Shown: positions 1 to 9,475 of the stretch, one piece after another | Layout: each line of letters opens with the position of its first letter | Position numbering within the stretch: position 1 is the first letter of the stretch | Assembly: GCA_021849295.1 (NCBI GenBank) | Contig: JAJZTA010000014.1 | Location: 13,551 to 77,550 of the forward strand | DNA: 64,000 nt | Direction of reading: 5' to 3' | From: Pseudomonadota bacterium | Lineage (GTDB): Bacteria; Pseudomonadota; Alphaproteobacteria; Micavibrionales; UBA2020 | Position numbers and translations under genes: made by a program | Notes under the pieces: generated by a model | Databases searched by the model: none | The model's input: the letters and a program-made list of their open reading frames with translations, nothing else | What the model was told of the DNA's origin: nothing

Positions 1-480
1 GTCTGGTGGATGATCAGCCCGCAAAATCCTTTGAAATCGACCGATGGCATGGCGCCGCTGACGGAGCGTCTGGCGAGCGCGGAAAAAATCGTCGACGGGC
101 ATCCGCGCATTTTCGTTACCGACATCGAGCAGCATCTGGGCACGCGCTACACCGCCGATACGGTCACCGCGCTGAAAAAGCGCTTCCCGCACACGCGTTT
201 CGTCTGGCTGATGGGCACGGACAACCTGCTGCAGGTCCACCGCTGGCAGGAATGGGAGAAGATCTACCGCAGCGTCCCCGTCGCCGTCCTCGACCGCCCA
301 CCGCGCGGCAACAACATCAAGTCCTGCCGCGCGCTGGAACGCTTCCGCGACCGCCTTTTGCCGCAGGACGAGGCCCGGCGCCTCAAAACCTCCCGCCTGC
401 CGGCCTGGACGATCCTGCACATCCCTCTGAACAGCCAGTCGGCGACGGCTATTCGGGAAACAAGGAAGTTGCGGACTTAA
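1..480 (+). CDS. nadD: Nicotinate-nucleotide adenylyltransferase (5'-truncated by window edge)
   Basis: Frame from base 1 reads VWWMISPQNPLK ... TRYTADT ... FVWLMGTDNL ... HRWQEW ... SATAIR; conserved nadD-rsfS-rlmH order. Confidence 0.95.
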   Translation, partial: VWWMISPQNPLKSTDGMAPLTERLASAEKIVDGHPRIFVTDIEQHLGTRYTADTVTALKKRFPHTRFVWLMGTDNLLQVHRWQEWEKIYRSVPVAVLDRPPRGNNIKSCRALERFRDRLLPQDEARRLKTSRLPAWTILHIPLNSQSATAIRETRKLRT

Positions 481-497
481 CCCGTGTACGCTATAAT
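469..497 (+). promoter_or_regulatory. Putative sigma70 promoter of rsfS
   Basis: TTGCGG (469-474), 17 bp, TATAAT (492-497); ATG follows 6 nt later. Confidence 0.6.
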
Positions 498-503
498 CCG
501 GCT

Positions 504-1016
504 ATGAAAGCGAAGAAGACCGCCATTAAAAAATCATCCGCGAAAAAAACCCGAAAGGCTCCCGCCAAAAAGGCTGTAGCCGCCAGAACCGTTAAAAAAA
601 CCGTAAAAAAACCTGCAACAAAAACCGTAAAAAAATCCGTCAAGTCCGCCGCCGTCAAAAAGCCAGCGGACTTGCAGGATTTCATCTCCGCCGCGCTCGA
701 CGCCGAAAAGGGACAAAACATCGTCTGCATACCGCTGAAGGGCAAGACGAGCATCGCCGATTACATGGTCATCGCCACCGGCACCTCCTCGCGGCACGTC
801 GCCTCCATGGCGCGGAACCTGCGCGAAAAACTCAATCACGACCGCCAGATCAAGGCCCGCGTCGAAGGGCTGGAATCGGGCGACTGGGCGATCATCGACA
901 CCGGCGACGTGATGGTGCATATCTTCCGCGCCGAAGTGCGCGCGTTTTACGACCTCGAAAAGCTCTGGGGCGGGGATTTTTCGACGGTGAACTATACGCG
1001 CTACCAGTCGGTTTAA
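504..1016 (+). CDS. rsfS: Ribosome silencing factor with Lys/Ala-rich N-terminal extension
   Basis: IADYMVIATGTSSRHV, DWAIIDTGDVMVHIFRAEVRAFYDLEKLW; start reassigned to ATG 504 inside ORF 6..1016. Confidence 0.95.
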   Translation: MKAKKTAIKKSSAKKTRKAPAKKAVAARTVKKTVKKPATKTVKKSVKSAAVKKPADLQDFISAALDAEKGQNIVCIPLKGKTSIADYMVIATGTSSRHVASMARNLREKLNHDRQIKARVEGLESGDWAIIDTGDVMVHIFRAEVRAFYDLEKLWGGDFSTVNYTRYQSV

Positions 1017-1469
1017 ATGAAAATCCGCATTATCGCCGTCGGGCGGCAAAAAGCCTCTCCGGCCAAAGAGCTTTGCGAGGAATACCTCAAACGCATGAAA
1101 TGGGACGTCAGCCTCAGGGAGGTCAACACCCCCAAAGGCGCGACATCGGCGCAGGAAGCACCGCTCATCCTGCAGGAACTCGAAAAGCAGCAATCCCTCG
1201 TCGTGGCCCTCGACGAGCGCGGCGAAACACTCACCAGCCCCGCCTTCGCCAAAAAGCTCTCCGGCTGGCAGGACAGCGCACCCGCCAACACCGTCACATT
1301 CCTGATCGGCGGCGCAGATGGTTTCGATAATAAGGTGCGCGAAAAATCAGGCTTTTTACTGTCTTTCGGCAAACAAACGTGGCCTCACATGCTCGTTCGC
1401 GTTATGCTGTTAGAACAGCTTTACCGTGCCCAGCAGATTATCGCCGGACACCCGTATCATAGACAATAG
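1017..1469 (+). CDS. rlmH: 23S rRNA pseudouridine-1915 N3-methyltransferase
   Basis: MKIRIIAVG, LDERG, FLIGGADG, TWPHMLVRVMLLEQLYRA, GHPYHR. Confidence 0.97.
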   Translation: MKIRIIAVGRQKASPAKELCEEYLKRMKWDVSLREVNTPKGATSAQEAPLILQELEKQQSLVVALDERGETLTSPAFAKKLSGWQDSAPANTVTFLIGGADGFDNKVREKSGFLLSFGKQTWPHMLVRVMLLEQLYRAQQIIAGHPYHRQ

Positions 1470-1481
1470 GCGACAAGTGGG

Positions 1482-2657
1482 ATGAACATAGCGAAAGGAC
1501 AACGCCTAACTTTCCTCCTCTGCACATGCCTTATGGCCGTTGTCCTGCTGCCGCCCGTTTCCGCACGCTGCAATATCGCGAGTTACGCCAGCAAGGCCGA
1601 CAATATCCGCAACGAGATCATCGCACGGCAAACGGCCCACGCCATGCTCGCCCACAAATCTGACGAGCTGAACGCACAGGTCTCCGATCTGAAGGAAAAC
1701 CTCGTCCGCGTTTCAAGAAACCTGCGCATCAGTCAGGACGACCTCACCCAGACGGGCGAGACACTGCAGAACCTCGAACAAAAAAAGCGTCTGGTCATAG
1801 AAAAATTATACAAGGACCAGCAGGCCATGGGCGGGCTTGTTTCCGCGATCAGGAAGTACGCGCAAATGACGACTCCGGACATGCTGATGCAGACAAATCC
1901 GGTCGATGCCGCCCGCGCATCTCTGGTTATGAAATCGGTCATGCCGCGCCTGCAAAAACAGGCCAGCCTTCTCAAGGCGGAGCTTGCTGAAATCAAGACA
2001 CTGGAAGATTCCATCCAGCAACAAAAAGCGCTGCAAACGGCGCAAACGCAAAGACTGAACAAACAGCAGAATACCCTCACCCTTTTGCTGGCGGCACGAC
2101 AAAAGCTTTATAATAGTACGGAAAATCAACGCCGCGCGCAGGAAATACAGGTTGCTAAACTCACAAAAGAATCTAAAAATCTTGAAGACTTAGTAAGAAG
2201 ACTTAAACTTAAAGAGCAACATTACAAAAGCCTCCAGCATGCTCAAGAGGCTCAAAGAGCCCACCGGCCGGGTGATCTGATCATGCCCGTGAGCGGGAAA
2301 GTATTCATCGCCTTCGGCCAGAAGAACGAACTGGGGGCGCGCAGCGAAGGCATCACATTTTCCACAAGCCCCGGCGCAAGCGTTGTCGCGCCCCTTGCCG
2401 GAATCGTCCGCTTCGCCGGCCCCTTCCAGAAATACAAGCAAATCTTGATTATCGAGCATAAGGGCGGGTATCATAGCCTTATTACCGGACTGGCGCACAT
2501 CGACACTGTCGTTGGTGCGTCTCTCGCGGCCGGTGAGCCCGTCGGAGTGGCAAAGACGTCCGGCTCTCCCCGGATCTACTTCGAACTGCGCCATAACGGG
2601 AAACCCATCAATCCCCAGAGGTTATTGCTTGCACAACTGAAACAGGAAAAAAGCTAG
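1482..2657 (+). CDS. envC: Murein hydrolase activator EnvC family (coiled coil plus degenerate M23 domain)
   Basis: Signal peptide, long coiled coil, C-terminal LytM-like IYFELRHNGKPINP; lies between rlmH and the S41 protease. Confidence 0.85.
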   Translation: MNIAKGQRLTFLLCTCLMAVVLLPPVSARCNIASYASKADNIRNEIIARQTAHAMLAHKSDELNAQVSDLKENLVRVSRNLRISQDDLTQTGETLQNLEQKKRLVIEKLYKDQQAMGGLVSAIRKYAQMTTPDMLMQTNPVDAARASLVMKSVMPRLQKQASLLKAELAEIKTLEDSIQQQKALQTAQTQRLNKQQNTLTLLLAARQKLYNSTENQRRAQEIQVAKLTKESKNLEDLVRRLKLKEQHYKSLQHAQEAQRAHRPGDLIMPVSGKVFIAFGQKNELGARSEGITFSTSPGASVVAPLAGIVRFAGPFQKYKQILIIEHKGGYHSLITGLAHIDTVVGASLAAGEPVGVAKTSGSPRIYFELRHNGKPINPQRLLLAQLKQEKS

Positions 2658-2659
2658 CC

Positions 2660-4045
2660 ATGAATAAAAAGTCCTTCAAATTCGTCGCCGTCATCGCCGC
2701 TCTTATGCTGCTCGGCACTTCTCTCGCAGCCATCGCAGACGCAGGCAACAGCGGGAAGAACAATCCTGACTCAAGCACCGACACTTATAAGCAACTGAAT
2801 TTGTTCGGCGACGTTTTTGAAATGGTGCGCGCGGATTATGTCGATCCCATCAGCGACAAGAAGCTGATCGAATACGCGCTCAACGGCATGCTCTCCAGTC
2901 TCGACCCGCATTCCTCCTACATGAACGCCAAGGAAGCCAAGGCGATGGATGTCGAAAACACCGGCGAATTCGGCGGCCTCGGCATCGAAGTCACCATGGC
3001 CAACGGCGTCATCAAGGTCATCTCGCCGATCGACGACACGCCGGCGGCGCGCGCGGGCATGCAGGCCGGCGACCTGATCATCGAAATCGACGGCAAACCC
3101 GTCACCGGCATGAGCCTGAATGACGCCGTGAGCAAGATGCGCGGCAAGGTCGGTTCCAAAATCCTGCTGACCGTCATCCGCAAGGGCGAAAAGGCGCCGC
3201 TGAAAATCACCCTCACCCGCGCCGTGATCCAGATCAAATCGGTCAAATACCGCGTCATCAACGGCAACGTCGGCTATATCCGCATTACCATGTTCAATGC
3301 GCAAACGCAGCCCGGCATGCTCAAAGCCTTCAAGTCCATCAGGAAAAAGACCGGTAAAAAACTGATCGGATACGTTCTCGACCTCCGCAACAATCCGGGT
3401 GGTCTGCTCGATCAGGCCATCGCCGTGTCGGACGACTTCCTGAACAAGGGGGAGATCGTCTCGACCCGCGGCCGCAATTCCGACGACGACCGCGCCGACT
3501 ATGCCACGCCGGGCGACATGGCCGACGGCCTGCCCGTCGTCGACCTGATCAACGGCGGCTCCGCCTCGGCTTCGGAAATCGTTTCCGGCGCCCTGCAGGA
3601 CAACCACCGCGCCATCATCGTCGGCACGCAGTCCTTCGGCAAAGGCTCGGTGCAGACGTTGTTCAACGTTCCGGGCGGCGGCATGGTCCGCCTGACGACG
3701 GCACGCTACTTCACGCCGTCGGGCCGCTCCATTCAGGCGGAAGGCATCACGCCGGATATCGTGATCAAACCCGCCAAGATCGTGGCCGACCAGAATCCGT
3801 TCCCGACGATCCACGAAGCAGACCTGAAAGGCGCGCTCAAAAACCCGGACGGCACGCCTGTCAAGAAAAAGACGGACACCGCGGACGAGGACAAGAAACT
3901 GGAATCGGATTACCAGTTGCTGCGCGCCGTCGACCTTCTGCAGGGGATATCGCTTTACAAGTCGAACATCTCCGGCGGCACCCCCGCAAAATCGTCTCCG
4001 ACGCACGAGAAAGAGCACGCGCACGACCTGAATCTGAACAAATAG
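2660..4045 (+). CDS. ctpA: Carboxyl-terminal processing protease, S41 family
   Basis: LDPHS, PDZ GGLGI, LDLRNNPGG, SASASEIV, SFGKGSVQ. Confidence 0.95.
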   Translation: MNKKSFKFVAVIAALMLLGTSLAAIADAGNSGKNNPDSSTDTYKQLNLFGDVFEMVRADYVDPISDKKLIEYALNGMLSSLDPHSSYMNAKEAKAMDVENTGEFGGLGIEVTMANGVIKVISPIDDTPAARAGMQAGDLIIEIDGKPVTGMSLNDAVSKMRGKVGSKILLTVIRKGEKAPLKITLTRAVIQIKSVKYRVINGNVGYIRITMFNAQTQPGMLKAFKSIRKKTGKKLIGYVLDLRNNPGGLLDQAIAVSDDFLNKGEIVSTRGRNSDDDRADYATPGDMADGLPVVDLINGGSASASEIVSGALQDNHRAIIVGTQSFGKGSVQTLFNVPGGGMVRLTTARYFTPSGRSIQAEGITPDIVIKPAKIVADQNPFPTIHEADLKGALKNPDGTPVKKKTDTADEDKKLESDYQLLRAVDLLQGISLYKSNISGGTPAKSSPTHEKEHAHDLNLNK

Positions 4046-4052
4046 GGAGCGC

Positions 4053-5117
4053 ATGTTGAAAAGATGGACTGAAATATGGTCATCTTTTCCCGCGGCGCAT
4101 AAAAGGCGTTGCACTCAGGGACTGGCAGCCTACGCGCTGCTGACCACCTTATGCGTCCTGTGGATTTCGACGCAAGCCGGACGCACCCTTGAAAGCCTGC
4201 AGGCGGAGGTTCCTTCCGTGACGGCCACGGTCAGGAACGTTTACACGACGCCGCAGATCACGAGCGTTTCGGGCACAGCCGCGCCGCCGGCCAACCCGCT
4301 TCCGCCCGTCGTCGATGACGGCAGGACCTATATTTCCGTCATTATCTCCAATCTCGGCCTGTCTTCTCTCGAAACGCAAAGGGCCATTGAAGACCTGCCC
4401 GCGCAGTTCACGCTGGCGTTCTCGCCTTATACCGGAGACGTACGTTCATGGGTCAGCAAGGCGGTGGCCGCAAACCACGAAGCGCTCATGCTTGTGCCGA
4501 TGGAAACCGCCGACTACCCCGAGAACGACCCCGGCCCGCGCGCCCTGTCCTCGCGCCTCAGCGACAAGGCCAACAACGCCAATCTCGAGTGGCTCCTCTC
4601 CCGCGGCGACGGCACGGACGGCGTCATGAACATGATGGGCTCGCGCTACCTGACCGACAAGAAGAGGCTTTTCTCCACCTTCACGACCCTGCGCGGAAAC
4701 GATGCCATGTTCATTGAAACGCCCGGCATCGAAGATTCAACCGCCTCTGCCGCAGCCGCGCAAACCGGCTTGCCTTTCATGCAGGCGAACCTGCGCATAG
4801 ACAAGATACCCACGGACGATGCCATCAGCGACCAGCTCTCCAGACTGGAGAGCGATGCGCGCAAATACGGCTATGCCATCGGCATCGCCCAGCCCTATCC
4901 TGTCACGCTCAATATTCTGAAGGCATGGGCGGCCGGTCTTGCCGCAAAGGGAATCATTCTCGCACCGCTGAAGACCATCTGGAGGCATAAAAAGCATTAT
5001 ATTCCGAAGCCCTCCTCGCCCGCCACAGCCCCCGTCAAGGCCGCTGATGCGGCATCGCCCCCCGTCGCCGCGCCTAGTGCAGTGCCGCCCCCGCAATCGC
5101 AACTCAGGCAGCCCTGA
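4053..5117 (+). CDS. Divergent polysaccharide deacetylase family protein
   Basis: N-terminal TM, TLAFSPY, HEALMLVPME, DPGP, GYAIGIAQPYP; conserved position after ctpA. Confidence 0.85.
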   Translation: MLKRWTEIWSSFPAAHKRRCTQGLAAYALLTTLCVLWISTQAGRTLESLQAEVPSVTATVRNVYTTPQITSVSGTAAPPANPLPPVVDDGRTYISVIISNLGLSSLETQRAIEDLPAQFTLAFSPYTGDVRSWVSKAVAANHEALMLVPMETADYPENDPGPRALSSRLSDKANNANLEWLLSRGDGTDGVMNMMGSRYLTDKKRLFSTFTTLRGNDAMFIETPGIEDSTASAAAAQTGLPFMQANLRIDKIPTDDAISDQLSRLESDARKYGYAIGIAQPYPVTLNILKAWAAGLAAKGIILAPLKTIWRHKKHYIPKPSSPATAPVKAADAASPPVAAPSAVPPPQSQLRQP

Positions 5118-5118
5118 C

Positions 5119-5634
5119 ATGACGGAAAACGAAAACACTCAAACTTCCAGGATTTACCGGCAAGGCGTCGGCATTGTCCTGTTCAACGCCGAGGGACATG
5201 TCCTGATTGCCGAGCGACTCGACAACCCCAACGGCTGGCAAATGCCGCAGGGAGGCATCGACGAAGGCGAAGCGCCCGAAGCCGCCGTCTTCCGCGAAAT
5301 GGAAGAGGAAATCGGCACGCGCAACGCCGAGATCCTCGGCATGATGCACGACTGGATATGCTACGATTTTCCGCCCGCTCTCAGCGAGAGGCTCTGGGAC
5401 GGTAAATACTGCGGCCAGAGGCAAAAATGGATCGCCCTGCGCTTTCTCGGCACCGACGACGAGATCGACCTGACCACCCACGACGAGCCGGAGTTCGCCA
5501 ACTGGAAATGGGTTCCGTTCGACGAACTGACCCAATATGCGGTGCCCTTCAAGCGCACTGTCTACGCGCATGTGGTGAAAGAGTTCTCGCGCTACGCCAC
5601 GCCGCTACAAAAAGCCGCAGCGGAAAAAAACTGA
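5119..5634 (+). CDS. rppH: RNA pyrophosphohydrolase
   Basis: YRQGVGIVL, Nudix box WQMPQGGIDEGE-REMEEEIG, GQRQKW, PEF, VPFKR. Confidence 0.95.
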   Translation: MTENENTQTSRIYRQGVGIVLFNAEGHVLIAERLDNPNGWQMPQGGIDEGEAPEAAVFREMEEEIGTRNAEILGMMHDWICYDFPPALSERLWDGKYCGQRQKWIALRFLGTDDEIDLTTHDEPEFANWKWVPFDELTQYAVPFKRTVYAHVVKEFSRYATPLQKAAAEKN

Positions 5635-5635
5635 T

Positions 5636-6118
5636 TTATTTTACGTCATTGAAGTAAGGATGCAGCACTCTGTCGCCAACGGCGATGCCGAGCGCTTTTG
5701 CCCGTCCGCCGTTGATTTCAATGACGCCGCTGACCGGCCCGTCGGACGGAATCGCCGTCAGGTCTTTCGGGACCGCGTTCGCGTGAATATGCTTGATAAT
5801 GCCGTCAGGCGCGACAAACAGCATGTCGAGAGGTATCAGCGTGTTCTTCATCCAGAAGACGACCGGCGCCGTCTGGTTCATCTCGAACAGCATGCCGTGG
5901 TCCGGCGCCATTTTTGTGCGGAACATCAGTCCCATTTCCTGCTCCTGCGGCGTGGACGCGATTTCCACCTGAAAATCGTGTTTGACACCGTTCTTGCCGA
6001 CAATCACGAGCTTTTGGGTATGGATTTCGCCATCCGCCTTGTCGGAAAAATAAAACATCCCCGCCAGGGCGACGCAGAAGAAAAAGACGGCGTTCATCAA
6101 TATTTTCGATGTTTTCAT
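5636..6118 (-). CDS. DUF192 family exported protein
   Basis: VEIAST-GLMFR-GMLF-FWMKNTLIPLDMLF-VIEINGG; signal/TM after ATG 6118. Confidence 0.9.
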   Translation of the reverse strand: MKTSKILMNAVFFFCVALAGMFYFSDKADGEIHTQKLVIVGKNGVKHDFQVEIASTPQEQEMGLMFRTKMAPDHGMLFEMNQTAPVVFWMKNTLIPLDMLFVAPDGIIKHIHANAVPKDLTAIPSDGPVSGVIEINGGRAKALGIAVGDRVLHPYFNDVK

Positions 6119-6134
6119 GTGACCTCTCAAAAAA

Positions 6135-6956
6135 TCATGTTTCCGCAGGCAGCGCTTGCGACAATCTTCCGCCCATCCTGAAGGATTCGATGCCTTTGCA
6201 CAATCCCGTGGACGGATCGATATCAACCATTGTTCCACACAACGTCACCGGCCCCCCTTCAGCGGGGCGCAGCCGCTCGCCGGGCATCTTGCGCGTAAAC
6301 CTGTGAATGGCGATAGACGAATCCATGCCGATGACGCTGTCGTAATTGCCGCACATGCCGGCATCCGTCTGGTAGCCGGTGCCTTTGGGCAGGATTTGCG
6401 CGTCCGCCGTCGGGATATGCGTGTGCGTGCCGACGACAAACGATGCGCGGCCGTCGCAATATTGCGCCATGGCCATTTTCTCGCTGTTGGCTTCGGCGTG
6501 CATGTCGATGACGATGGCGTTCACCTGCACGCCCATGCGGTGCGTATTGCAGATTTTATCGACGGCGGCGAAAGGGTCGTCCAGCGCGTCCATGAACAGC
6601 CTGCCCATCGCGTTGACGACGAGAAGCTTGTGGCCGTGCGCCGTCCCGATAACATACGTGCCGCGCCCCGGCGTGCTTTCGGGGAAATTGACCGGACGTA
6701 GCAGTTTCGGATCGCCAGAAATGTAGGGGATAATCTCGCGTTGGTCCCAAATATGGTTTCCGGTCGTGATGCAGTCCACGCCCGCCTTGTAAAGATCGTT
6801 GCAAATCTGGGCGGTGATGCCGAAGCCGTGCGCCGCGTTTTCACCGTTGACGATGACGGCGTCCAGTTTGTATTTGGTGCGCAGCTCCGGAAGACGCGCC
6901 ATCACTTCATCGCGCGCGTCACGTCCGACAATGTCTCCCAGAAAAAGCAGTCTCAT
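6135..6956 (-). CDS. YmdB/TIGR00282 family metallophosphoesterase
   Basis: LFLGDIVG, VNGENAAHG, TTGNH, DMHAEANSEK, GTHTH, TDAGMCG. Confidence 0.95.
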   Translation of the reverse strand: MRLLFLGDIVGRDARDEVMARLPELRTKYKLDAVIVNGENAAHGFGITAQICNDLYKAGVDCITTGNHIWDQREIIPYISGDPKLLRPVNFPESTPGRGTYVIGTAHGHKLLVVNAMGRLFMDALDDPFAAVDKICNTHRMGVQVNAIVIDMHAEANSEKMAMAQYCDGRASFVVGTHTHIPTADAQILPKGTGYQTDAGMCGNYDSVIGMDSSIAIHRFTRKMPGERLRPAEGGPVTLCGTMVDIDPSTGLCKGIESFRMGGRLSQALPAET

Positions 6957-7528
6957 TTGTACATGTTTCCGTCCGTTATGATGACGTCCACCTTGATGTC
7001 GTTTCCGTCACGCGGCAGTCCTTCCTTGTAGTGCTGCATCTCGTAGGCCAGTCCGATTGTCCGCACAGGCTTCTGCTTCTTCAAACGGACGATCGTGCGG
7101 TCGTAAAAACCGCCCCCATAACCGAGGCGGTAGCCTTGCGCATCGAACGCCAGCACCGGCACCAGCAAAACATCCGGCATGACCGCTTCGTCGCCCGCCA
7201 CAGGCTCCTGAAGGCCATATTTTCCCGTGATCATCTGCACGTCCTCGTCCCAGTGGCGGAACAACAGCGGCGCGCCGTCTCCCACCACATGCGGCAAAGC
7301 GCAGTTATGCCCTTTGGCCAAAAGCGCGCGCAAAATCAGCAACGCATCCACCTCGCCCTTGACGGGCCAGTAGCCGGCGACGATAGCGCCTGTTTCCAGC
7401 TGCACATCCTTGAAAAACCTGTCGCAGATGGCTTCTGCCGCCGCGATCCTTTTGTTCGGCAGCATCTGCAGCCGCCGTTCGAGATACGACTGACGCAAGG
7501 CCGGTTTTGTAGGGAGGTGCAGTGTCAC
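6953..7528 (-). CDS. ygfA: 5-formyltetrahydrofolate cyclo-ligase
   Basis: LLVPVLAFDAQGYRLGYGGGFYDRTI; downstream of zapA and 6S RNA. Confidence 0.95.
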   Translation of the reverse strand: MTLHLPTKPALRQSYLERRLQMLPNKRIAAAEAICDRFFKDVQLETGAIVAGYWPVKGEVDALLILRALLAKGHNCALPHVVGDGAPLLFRHWDEDVQMITGKYGLQEPVAGDEAVMPDVLLVPVLAFDAQGYRLGYGGGFYDRTIVRLKKQKPVRTIGLAYEMQHYKEGLPRDGNDIKVDVIITDGNMYK

Positions 7529-7557
7529 GCGCGGCTTTCTCTTTAAACCAAAAGAAG

Positions 7558-7721
7558 CGGAAGACTGCCACCTGAGCCGTCGACGGGGTTATCCGCTAGG
7601 CCCTGTAAAACAGGGGGGTGCCATATAATCAGACCACGGTCTGAACAGGGACGGCTCCCGATCTAACGATCATCGGCCTCTGGGACAGTGCTGTCTTATC
7701 GAACTCTGCAGCAGCCTTCCG
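7558..7721 (-). ncRNA. ssrS: 6S RNA
   Basis: Canonical zapA-ssrS-ygfA position; minus-strand ends CGGAAGGCTGC and GCAGTCTTCCG pair; internal GGGAGCCGTCCCTG ... GGCACCCCCCTG resembles alphaproteobacterial 6S; ends approximate. Confidence 0.85.
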
Positions 7722-7727
7722 GAAATG

Positions 7728-7756
7728 AATATAGGCGTACAGGCGCCGAGAATCAA
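7728..7756 (-). promoter_or_regulatory. Putative sigma70 promoter of 6S RNA
   Basis: Minus strand TTGATT, 17 bp, TATATT, ending ~6 nt before the predicted 6S 5' end. Confidence 0.65.
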
Positions 7757-7763
7757 CAAACTC

Positions 7764-8150
7764 TTAAGAGGCCTGCATCACGCGGGTGGCAACCCCTTCA
7801 ATTCGCTTGGTTATCTGTTCCAGAACTTTCAGGACGGCCTGTTCTTCCTCGCGGTCGATGGCAGGCTGCGGCGCCACAGGCGCGGCTGCGGGCGCAGCGG
7901 CGGCGCTCCCGCGCGAGGCGCGCAACGCCGGCGCGGGAGCATGCCCTTCGCGGGAGTCAAAAAGCTCGTCGGCCAGCACCAGAGACGTCAGGACCATCAG
8001 GTGCGCGTCATTGTATGCGGCGCCCGCGCGCGAAATCTGTTGCAGTCTCTCGTCGATATAGGTCGCCAGATCGACAATGCGGCCTTCCTGTCCGTTATCG
8101 CAGGAAATGTCGTAGGAACGTCCGTTGATATAGATTGTTACCTCAGCCAC
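7764..8150 (-). CDS. zapA: Cell division protein ZapA
   Basis: MAEVTIYINGRSYDISCDNGQEGRI, LMVLTSLVLADEL. Confidence 0.93.
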   Translation of the reverse strand: MAEVTIYINGRSYDISCDNGQEGRIVDLATYIDERLQQISRAGAAYNDAHLMVLTSLVLADELFDSREGHAPAPALRASRGSAAAAPAAAPVAPQPAIDREEEQAVLKVLEQITKRIEGVATRVMQAS

Positions 8151-8154
8151 GGAT

Positions 8155-8373
8155 TTATGCCTCCTCGGTTAAAAGCATTTCAAGACGGTTGATCGTTTGG
8201 TCGAGCTTGGCGGCGATCTTGCGATTCACTTCGCGCTCGTTGCGCGCACTCAAATCGAGCTGCGGTTCCACCTTCTGTTTTTTAATGGACTGAAAGCGCT
8301 TTTCAACAGCTATCTCAAGGTGCCCCAAGGCCTTATCCAGATTCTCTAGGGCTGGTTTCAGTGCAGATTTCAT
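8155..8373 (-). CDS. Small coiled-coil protein upstream of zapA (ZauP/DUF4164-like)
   Basis: ALENLDKALGHLE ... IAAKLDQTINRLEMLL; conserved position before zapA in alphaproteobacteria. Confidence 0.7.
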   Translation of the reverse strand: MKSALKPALENLDKALGHLEIAVEKRFQSIKKQKVEPQLDLSARNEREVNRKIAAKLDQTINRLEMLLTEEA

Positions 8374-8583
8374 GGCGAATCCCTGTTCACTTCGATGGAA
8401 TGTTTTTTGTAATGATCTCAGCATAAAATTCCTGAAGCCTCACGTCAATTGATATAAAAATTTTAGAGCGCATTGATCACAGCCCTGTGGATAAAATTGA
8501 TCGATGATGCAGTCTATTCGTCCTCGCTCCTGTTTCATTTTTTAAAAATGTGATAAGAAAATAATATAACTCTTTATGCTGGA

Positions 8584-9417
8584 ATGGAAATGAGCGAAAA
8601 AGTGCCGAGCCCGAACCCTGAAGAGCTGATCCCCGCCGTCGAACAGATCGCAAGACAAGCCGGCCACGCCGTCATGGAACTCTTTGACCGCGCAAAAGTC
8701 TACGCGAAAGCGGACGGCAGCAGCGTGACGGACGCCGATCTTGCAGCGGAAAACATTATACTTCCGGCATTACAGAAAATTACGCCGCAGGTGCCTATCA
8801 TATCGGAAGAACGCGTCGCCGACGGAAACATCCCCGACTTCTCCGCAGGCACTTTCTGGACGGTCGACCCCATCGACGGCACGCAGGAATACATCGACAG
8901 AACAGACGGATTCGTGGTGGCGATAGGCCTTGTCAGCGGCAACAAACCCGCTCTGGGCGTCGTCTACCATCCGTCGCTCGACCTGCTTTACAGCGCCGCC
9001 GGCAGCGGCACAGCCAGCAAAACTGATGCAGACGGAAAAAGGACTCCCCTTACAGCCGACACCGCGAATGCTCCTGCGCCGCGCGTTTTACTGCAAAAGA
9101 AATACGCCCATTTGCCGCAGATCAGAGACTATCTCGCTAAGCGTTTCAAAGACCGGCCCATACGGGAGGACACGGAGACAGGCATTTTCCGCCCCTGCCA
9201 AATCGCGGAGGGACTGGCGGACCTGTTTGTCTTCTGTACGGCCAAACCGCAAGGCCGTATCGCCTTCTGGGACGTCGCACCGGGGCAGGCCATTATTGAA
9301 GCAATGGGTGGGCATGTCGAAACGCTGGACGGACAGCCGTTTCTCTACGATGCCTCGGACTGCCTCGTTCCGGCGCATATCGCTCTTTCACCTTTGCGTG
9401 CCGCTCAAGGTTTTTAA
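8584..9417 (+). CDS. cysQ: 3'(2'),5'-bisphosphate nucleotidase CysQ / inositol monophosphatase family
   Basis: KADGSSVTDADL, ISEE, WTVDPIDGTQEY, WDVAPGQAIIEAMGG. Confidence 0.8.
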   Translation: MEMSEKVPSPNPEELIPAVEQIARQAGHAVMELFDRAKVYAKADGSSVTDADLAAENIILPALQKITPQVPIISEERVADGNIPDFSAGTFWTVDPIDGTQEYIDRTDGFVVAIGLVSGNKPALGVVYHPSLDLLYSAAGSGTASKTDADGKRTPLTADTANAPAPRVLLQKKYAHLPQIRDYLAKRFKDRPIREDTETGIFRPCQIAEGLADLFVFCTAKPQGRIAFWDVAPGQAIIEAMGGHVETLDGQPFLYDASDCLVPAHIALSPLRAAQGF

Positions 9418-9425
9418 CATGCACA

Positions 9426-9456
9426 CAGGGCAGACCGCATAATACGGCCTGCCCTG
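9426..9456. terminator. Hairpin between convergent genes, possible terminator
   Basis: CAGGGCAGACCG ... CGGCCTGCCCTG inverted repeat; no clear U tract. Confidence 0.5.
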
Positions 9457-9475
9457 CAGCATTATATATAGGCTA

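Noticed and set aside
6-503. 5' part of the 336-aa ORF 6..1016
   Set aside because: It overlaps nadD out of frame; RsfS starts at ATG 504 after its own promoter
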